A DNA stretch of 64,000 bases. It comes from an uncultured Flavobacteriales bacterium. Its GTDB lineage: Bacteria; Bacteroidota; Bacteroidia; Flavobacteriales_D; Sanyastnellaceae. Positions within the stretch are counted from its first letter, which is position 1. Each line of letters opens with the position of its first letter. The notes below the pieces were generated by a model. It was given only the letters and a program-made list of their open reading frames with translations, was not told where the DNA came from and did no database searches. The stretch is from NCBI GenBank assembly GCA_938085425.1, contig CALKGQ010000001.1, forward strand, positions 1,850 to 65,849. The letters are read 5' to 3'. The position numbers were made by a program, and so were the translations under genes. This document shows positions 58,741 to 64,000 of this stretch, piece after piece.

Positions 58741-59727
58741 ATGAAAGTCGGGATCCTCGGCAGTGGGAGTTGGGCAACCGCCATCGCCAAGATGCTGTGC
58801 CAAAACGTGGACACCCTCCATTGGTGGGTTCGAAGCGAGGACACGGCAGAGGAGTTGATGAAGTACGGGCACAACCCGCGCTACATTCAAAGCGTCAGCT
58901 TTCCTCAGCACAAGCTTGACGTGACCACGGACATGCAGAAGGTGGTGGACGCCTGCGATGTTTTGGTGGTGGCCATCCCAAGCCTTTACCTGCACGAGGT
59001 TTTTCAGAACAGCGCTGTCACAGGACTGGACAGCAAAGTGGTGTTTTCTGCCGTCAAGGGCATGGTGGCGGAATACGACAGCATTCCTGCACGCTACTTG
59101 CACAAGGCCTTTGACATCCCCTATGAGAACATTGGCATGATTTGCGGCCCCTGCCACGCAGAAGAAGTGGCCCGCGAAAAACTCAGCTACTTGACGGTGG
59201 CTTGCCCCAATGAGGCACATGCCGAGGAGTTCGCTGAGCTTTTGGAGACCCGCTACATCCGGGTCCAAACGTCCGACGACGTCTTTGGGGCTGAACTCGC
59301 TGCCGTCTTGAAAAACGTGTACGCCATTGCGGCGGGGATTGCCCATGGCTTGGGGTACGGAGACAACTTCATCAGTGTCTTGGTCAGCAATGCGAGCCAG
59401 GAAATGAAACGCTTTTTGGCTGCGGTCCATGAAATCGACAGGGACGTGAAGGGAAGCCCTTACTTGGGGGACTTGCTGGTGACGGCATACAGTCCGCACA
59501 GCCGCAACCGCACGCTCGGGACCATGGTGGGCAAGGGGTACACTGTGAAGTCGGCCTTGTTGGAGATGGACATGGTGGCCGAGGGGTACACAGGTTCCCA
59601 GGGCATCCATGGGATGAACCAAAAATTCAAGGTGGACATCCCCATTGCCGAGGCTGCCTACCGCATTCTGCATGAAAAAATGGCCCCTTCCATCGAGATG
59701 CGCTTGCTGAGCGACGAGCTGTCCTAA
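58741..59727 (+). CDS. gpsA: NAD(P)H-dependent glycerol-3-phosphate dehydrogenase
   Basis: MKVGILGSGSWATAIA Rossmann start. The track ORF 58060..59727 is an antisense read-through extension of this gene. Confidence 0.92.
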   Translation: MKVGILGSGSWATAIAKMLCQNVDTLHWWVRSEDTAEELMKYGHNPRYIQSVSFPQHKLDVTTDMQKVVDACDVLVVAIPSLYLHEVFQNSAVTGLDSKVVFSAVKGMVAEYDSIPARYLHKAFDIPYENIGMICGPCHAEEVAREKLSYLTVACPNEAHAEEFAELLETRYIRVQTSDDVFGAELAAVLKNVYAIAAGIAHGLGYGDNFISVLVSNASQEMKRFLAAVHEIDRDVKGSPYLGDLLVTAYSPHSRNRTLGTMVGKGYTVKSALLEMDMVAEGYTGSQGIHGMNQKFKVDIPIAEAAYRILHEKMAPSIEMRLLSDELS

Positions 59728-59780
59728 GTCCGCCCCAAGGTCCATCGAGGCAACTTCTGGCCCACGAAGGTGGTTTTTCC

Positions 59781-62700
59781 ATGTGGGCCCTGTCCCCCTT
59801 CATTACATTCGCCTCGATGCCACGCAATTCTTTTCAATGTCCCCCATGGAATGCCCTCCAAGCTTGCATGGTTTTCATGGTGGCCCTGGCAGGGGGAACC
59901 ACCTTGGGCTTTGGACAAGGGCATCCAGGGGAATTGCAGTGGCTTCCCAACCAAGGCCAATGGGAGGTGCCCGCCCTTGCGCGTGCGGACTGGGCCGGGG
60001 GAGTGACGTGGTTGGAAGAGGACGGCATGAACATCTGGGTGGCCGGTGAAGGGTACGACGAATTGTGGGCCCACCAAGACGATCGCTTGACGGCCTTCGA
60101 CCCGGAGGCTCTTTTGACAAGCCACGGGTGGCAGGTGCATTGGGAGGGAAGTGGGCCTGATCCAGTGCACGAGGTGCTTTCCGAAGCAGGCCACCGCGTC
60201 AATGTTTATTTGGGCCAGGACCCGTCGCGCTGGGCCGAGGGTTTGGTGCCTGAGACCCGCTTCAAACTCCACAATGTTTGGCCGGGGATCGACTTGCGGG
60301 TGGGTCCGCGCACCCGCGGGGACCAAGCCGAGCTTCCAGGGCCCGGCTGGAAGGAAGACTGGATCGTGCATCCCGGTGCGGATGCTGCGAAGGTGGCCAT
60401 ACGGCACGAAGGGGCGTCGCTCTCGTTGTTGCCCGATGGGAGTTTGAGATGCCAACTTGGCGAGACGGCCGAAGCGCGGTGGGGGGTTCCTTTTGCTTAC
60501 CAAATGGAAGAAGATCGCCTGCAAGAAGTCGAAGTGCGCTACCTCTTGAACGGCTCCACGGTGACGTTTGAGGTAGGTGAACACAACCCAGCATTGGACT
60601 TGGTGATTGATCCCGACATTGTGTTTGCCACTTACATCGGCGCGACCCAGCCCAATTGGGGATTCACTGCAGCCTACGACGACGAAGGACGGGCCTTGGG
60701 AGGAACGGCACTTTGGAACGGTGATTTGGGAACCTACCCCACCACCGCCGGGGCGGTGTCGACGGCCATGACGGCGGCTTCCGGACCCTTTGACTGTGGT
60801 TTCAGTGTTTTTTCGGCGGACGGAACCGGTTTGGAATACAGCACCGTCATTGGCGGATCTCAACTCGACGTGCCATCGAGCATTGTGTCGGACAGCAACG
60901 GGGCGATGTACATCTTGGGAACCACAGGCTCTGCCGATTTTCCTGTCACCACGGGGGCGTTTGAAGGGTCCTTTTGTGCGAATCCGTCGGTCAACTTGGA
61001 TGCATGTTGCAACTATCCGGGTGGGGGCGGGTTGCCCAACGGATCGAGCCTGTTTGTCATGAAATTCACGGAAGTTGATGCGGGGTGCGTGTTGGAATCC
61101 TCCACGTACATCGGGGGTTGCAATGGCCCTTCAGGGGTGAACCGTGGGGACTTGCTCAACTACAACTACGGGGATGTGTTTCGCGGAGAAATCAACGTCG
61201 ATGCCTCCGATCGTCCCTGGGTTGCCAGCGTGACGGGGGCGAGTGATTTCCCCATGGTCAATGCACCTGCCCCAGCTTTTGGGGGGGGGTCCACGGACGC
61301 GGTGGTGTTCCGCATGTCGTCGGATTTGAGCACCTTGGAGTGGTCGACTTTCCTAGGGGGATCCTCTGAAGACGCCGCCTACGGTGTACAGTTCACCCCG
61401 GGCGGGGAAGCCGTGGTTTGCGGCGGCACCACCTCCAACAACTTTCCCACCCTGTCCAACGCCGACGATGGGAGCTTTGGGGGGCTTGCAGACGGCTTTG
61501 TGGTGCGTTACCCTGTGGGAGGCGGCGCTGCAACGGGGGCCACATTGTTTGGCACCAACAACTACGACCAGGCCTACTTCGTGCAAGTGGACCCCATCAG
61601 CCGCGTGTACCTCTATGGCCAAAGTCTCGGGGGCAAACCCATCACGGCAGGAACGTACGATGAGAGCCCCCAAGCGGGCCAGTTTGTGGCCTGCCTGTCC
61701 CCTGGGTTGGACGACCTGGTGTGGCACACCCGCATTGGAGACCCCGGCAACGTTGGGAGCATTGACATCAGCCCTACTGCGTTTTTGGTCAGCGAATGTG
61801 GTGAAATCTACCTCAGTGGATGGGGAGGCACCACCAACAACTCCAGTCCATTCATTTTCACTTCCAGCACCTTGGGCATGCCCACCACGGAGGGCGGTTA
61901 CCAACTTGGCACGGACGGTTCAGATTTTTGGCTTGGGGTGATGGACCCGGGGGGTGTTGATCTGAACTACGCGACCTTCTTTGGGGGAGGCGAATCGGCT
62001 GAACACGTGGACGGCGGGACGTCTAGGTTTGACAAGGATGGAACGGTGTATCAGGCCATGTGTGCGGGCTGTGGAGGCAACAGCGACTTGCCCACCACCC
62101 CGGGCGCTTGGAGTTCCACCAACGACAGCTTCAACTGCAACTTGGGGCTCTTCAAGTTTGAATTGGGGGAGTTGAATGTGGGCATTGATGTGGGCACTCC
62201 CGGGGTCCTGTGCAATGGCCAAACCGTGGACTTCGTGAACACCTCCACTGAAGGCTATGAGTACCTGTGGACGTTTGACGACAACGAGACGAGCACAGAA
62301 TACGAGCCCACCCACACCTTTCCGGGTCCGGGGATTTACGATGTGATCTTGACGGTGACCGACCCCACAGGGTGTTTGGCTCCCGTGAACACCGACATTG
62401 AAGTGAACATTCAGACCTTGCCCAACCCCAACATCATGCCCGTGGGGCCGGTGTGTGTCGGAGAGTCCGTGCAATTGATCGCCAACGGTTCGCCAGATTT
62501 GGTGTGGTCTCCCAATCCCTTGTTGACGGATCTGGCCCTCGCCGTGCAGGACGTGACGCCACCCGCGGGGACGACCACCTTCAATGTGACCGATGTCAAT
62601 GCATGCGGGGAGGGTTCAGCCTCCTTGGACGTGGTGGTTCAAGTGGTGAATGCAGAAGTGGTGCCTGAGGCGATTTCCATTTGTTTGGGCGACGACGTGG

Positions 62701-63839
62701 ACCTCGTGGCGGCGGGTGCCCCCAATGCGGTGTGGTTCCCTCCAGCGGGTTTGGACAACCCCAACAGCACCACGGTCACGGCCTCCCCGACGGCCGACAT
62801 CACCTACAACGTGGTGCTGACGGACGACCTGGGATGTTCAGACCAAACCAGTGTCGATGTGTCCGTCGTTCCAGGTCCCCCGGGGGGGATGACCTACCCA
62901 ACGGAAGAGGTGTGTGTGGGATTTGGGGTGCAGCTGCCCGGTTCAGACGGGGACCAATGGCAATGGGGTCCAGCCGAATTTGTGAACGACCCCAATGTGC
63001 AATTTCCGTTTGCTTTTCCCGATGCGACAACGACCTTTTCAGTGGACATCGCCAACATTTGTGGTGTGGGAACGGACGAGGTCACCGTGGTGGTGAGGGT
63101 GCCCGAGGCCTTTGCCTCTGAGGACGGTGGGATGTGCCGTGGGAACGTTTTTGAAGTGTCAGCAGAAGGCAATGACCCCAATTCGACCTTTCAGTGGTCT
63201 CCGGCAGAATTGGTCCTGTCGCCCGCAGGTTCCACCACGGGGGTCTTCCCCAACTTCACCCAAACCTTCACCGTATTTGTCACGGACAGCGAAGGGTGCA
63301 CCGACAGCGATGAAGTGACGGTGTACGTCACCCAACCCCCGGAGATTGATGCCGGTCCGGACCGCTCTGTGGCGTGGCTTGACCAGGTGCGCCTGTTGGG
63401 AAGCACGTCGGGCCAATCGCCGTTTTGGACCCCCTCTGACCCCCTCAGTTGCGACACCTGTCTGACCCCGACGCTTGAGGTGCTGGAGTCGGGCTGGTAT
63501 GTGTTGCACGCCTCAGACTCAACGGGCTGTGGAGGCAAGGACTCGACCTACGTGGAAGTCTATTACCCCGTGTATGTCCCCAACTCCTTCACCCCCAACA
63601 ACGACGGCATCAACGATGTGTTCCAGGCGGTGGGGGAGGATTTGAAGGGATTTTGGATGAAGGTCTTCAACCGCTGGGGAGAGCAAATTTTCCTCAGCGA
63701 GGATCCTTCGGTGCCCTGGAGAGGGGAGGTGGGCGACGGTGTTCATTATGCCCCGGATGGGATGTACCGATGGCAAATTCGCATCGAAGAAAAGGACGGT
63801 CCCCTTTTGCTCGAAGGCCAGGTTTTCCTGCTGCGTTGA
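59781..63839 (+). CDS. Large surface protein: SBBP-type beta-propeller repeats, PKD domain, Ig-like repeats, T9SS type B (gliding-motility CTD) sorting domain
   Basis: Repeated ...[FY]LGG...D.A..[IV]..D..G...V.G.T.S.DFP... units. PKD (VDFVNTSTEGYEYLWTFDDNETS...GIYDVILTVTD). C-terminal YVPNSFTPNNDGINDVF. Start uncertain (ATG 59781, 59817 or 59868). Confidence 0.85.
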   Translation: MWALSPFITFASMPRNSFQCPPWNALQACMVFMVALAGGTTLGFGQGHPGELQWLPNQGQWEVPALARADWAGGVTWLEEDGMNIWVAGEGYDELWAHQDDRLTAFDPEALLTSHGWQVHWEGSGPDPVHEVLSEAGHRVNVYLGQDPSRWAEGLVPETRFKLHNVWPGIDLRVGPRTRGDQAELPGPGWKEDWIVHPGADAAKVAIRHEGASLSLLPDGSLRCQLGETAEARWGVPFAYQMEEDRLQEVEVRYLLNGSTVTFEVGEHNPALDLVIDPDIVFATYIGATQPNWGFTAAYDDEGRALGGTALWNGDLGTYPTTAGAVSTAMTAASGPFDCGFSVFSADGTGLEYSTVIGGSQLDVPSSIVSDSNGAMYILGTTGSADFPVTTGAFEGSFCANPSVNLDACCNYPGGGGLPNGSSLFVMKFTEVDAGCVLESSTYIGGCNGPSGVNRGDLLNYNYGDVFRGEINVDASDRPWVASVTGASDFPMVNAPAPAFGGGSTDAVVFRMSSDLSTLEWSTFLGGSSEDAAYGVQFTPGGEAVVCGGTTSNNFPTLSNADDGSFGGLADGFVVRYPVGGGAATGATLFGTNNYDQAYFVQVDPISRVYLYGQSLGGKPITAGTYDESPQAGQFVACLSPGLDDLVWHTRIGDPGNVGSIDISPTAFLVSECGEIYLSGWGGTTNNSSPFIFTSSTLGMPTTEGGYQLGTDGSDFWLGVMDPGGVDLNYATFFGGGESAEHVDGGTSRFDKDGTVYQAMCAGCGGNSDLPTTPGAWSSTNDSFNCNLGLFKFELGELNVGIDVGTPGVLCNGQTVDFVNTSTEGYEYLWTFDDNETSTEYEPTHTFPGPGIYDVILTVTDPTGCLAPVNTDIEVNIQTLPNPNIMPVGPVCVGESVQLIANGSPDLVWSPNPLLTDLALAVQDVTPPAGTTTFNVTDVNACGEGSASLDVVVQVVNAEVVPEAISICLGDDVDLVAAGAPNAVWFPPAGLDNPNSTTVTASPTADITYNVVLTDDLGCSDQTSVDVSVVPGPPGGMTYPTEEVCVGFGVQLPGSDGDQWQWGPAEFVNDPNVQFPFAFPDATTTFSVDIANICGVGTDEVTVVVRVPEAFASEDGGMCRGNVFEVSAEGNDPNSTFQWSPAELVLSPAGSTTGVFPNFTQTFTVFVTDSEGCTDSDEVTVYVTQPPEIDAGPDRSVAWLDQVRLLGSTSGQSPFWTPSDPLSCDTCLTPTLEVLESGWYVLHASDSTGCGGKDSTYVEVYYPVYVPNSFTPNNDGINDVFQAVGEDLKGFWMKVFNRWGEQIFLSEDPSVPWRGEVGDGVHYAPDGMYRWQIRIEEKDGPLLLEGQVFLLR
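63570..63836 (+). other. T9SS type B C-terminal sorting domain
   Basis: VYVPNSFTPNNDGINDVFQAVGEDLKGFWMKVFNRWGEQIF...GMYRWQI... Confidence 0.8.
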
Positions 63840-63922
63840 GCCTCCGCCGTCCACATGGGTTTGTGGGCAGATGACAGGGGCCACCCGGTTGCTTTTTTCA
63901 TTGGAGGCTTTACCTTACGCCC

Positions 63923-64000
63923 ATGGATTCACTGCGCCATGTCACGCCGTTGACCTTCGAGGAGGTCGTGAGGGTTTTGCCCGGCATGTTTTGGGACAAC
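63923..64000 (+). CDS. Start of an unidentified ORF running off the window
   Basis: ATG 63923 opens MDSLRHVTPLTFEEVVRVLPGMFWDN with no stop before the window end. No family recognisable from 26 aa. Confidence 0.2.
   Translation, partial: MDSLRHVTPLTFEEVVRVLPGMFWDN

Noticed and set aside
1-64000. Looked for CRISPR arrays, IS/transposase, integrase, phage, toxin-antitoxin and known defence-system genes (nucleases with ATPases, RT, TIR, SIR2, methyltransferases).
   Set aside because: No regularly spaced direct repeats were seen, and no ORF had such motifs. The only nuclease-like gene is the housekeeping YraN homologue.

Overview
Densely coding chromosomal segment (about 60 genes, almost no non-coding DNA). 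I assign it to a GC-rich member of the Bacteroidota; GC was judged by eye, not computed. The phylum call rests on four things: T9SS type A and type B C-terminal sorting domains, Bacteroidota-typical conserved blocks, an atpBEFHAG operon without atpDC, and TAnnTTTG-type promoter boxes. The conserved blocks are glycogen-synthase-like/DUF4270-like/glmS with divergent panC, dihydroorotase-like/DUF4296-like, and a SprE/PorW-like TPR lipoprotein followed by bactofilin, AtpZ and the atp genes. Most genes are housekeeping: the ATP synthase operon, glmS, panC, tatA, thiL, asnB, uvrC, rluB, purS, pssA, pgk, glyQS and gpsA. There are two tRNAs, Asn-GTT and Cys-GCA. I saw no rRNA, CRISPR array, transposase, integrase, phage gene or recognisable defence gene. 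The most interesting signal is at protein level. Four predicted secreted enzymes end in the same dockerin-like Ca-binding (EF-hand-like) module, whose extreme C-terminus reads FG-x-x-C-[DN]-stop. The four are an FG-GAP/ASPIC (CRTAC1-like) propeller, a PQQ sugar dehydrogenase, a lysyl-oxidase homologue and a PAP2/vanadium-haloperoxidase-like enzyme. The lysyl-oxidase protein also carries an internal cohesin-like domain. This suggests a cohesin-dockerin style surface display or sorting system for extracellular redox enzymes, coexisting with classical T9SS cargo. Secondary observations include five genes whose -7 promoter box sits 4-5 nt before the ATG (probably leaderless mRNAs) and a candidate Lrp operator. 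Others are a translationally coupled 4-repeat secreted protein and a structured inverted-repeat region next to tRNA-Cys. Many start coordinates in the ORF track are TTG/GTG upstream extensions. I re-picked starts where an in-frame ATG with a signal peptide or a conserved N-terminus was visible.
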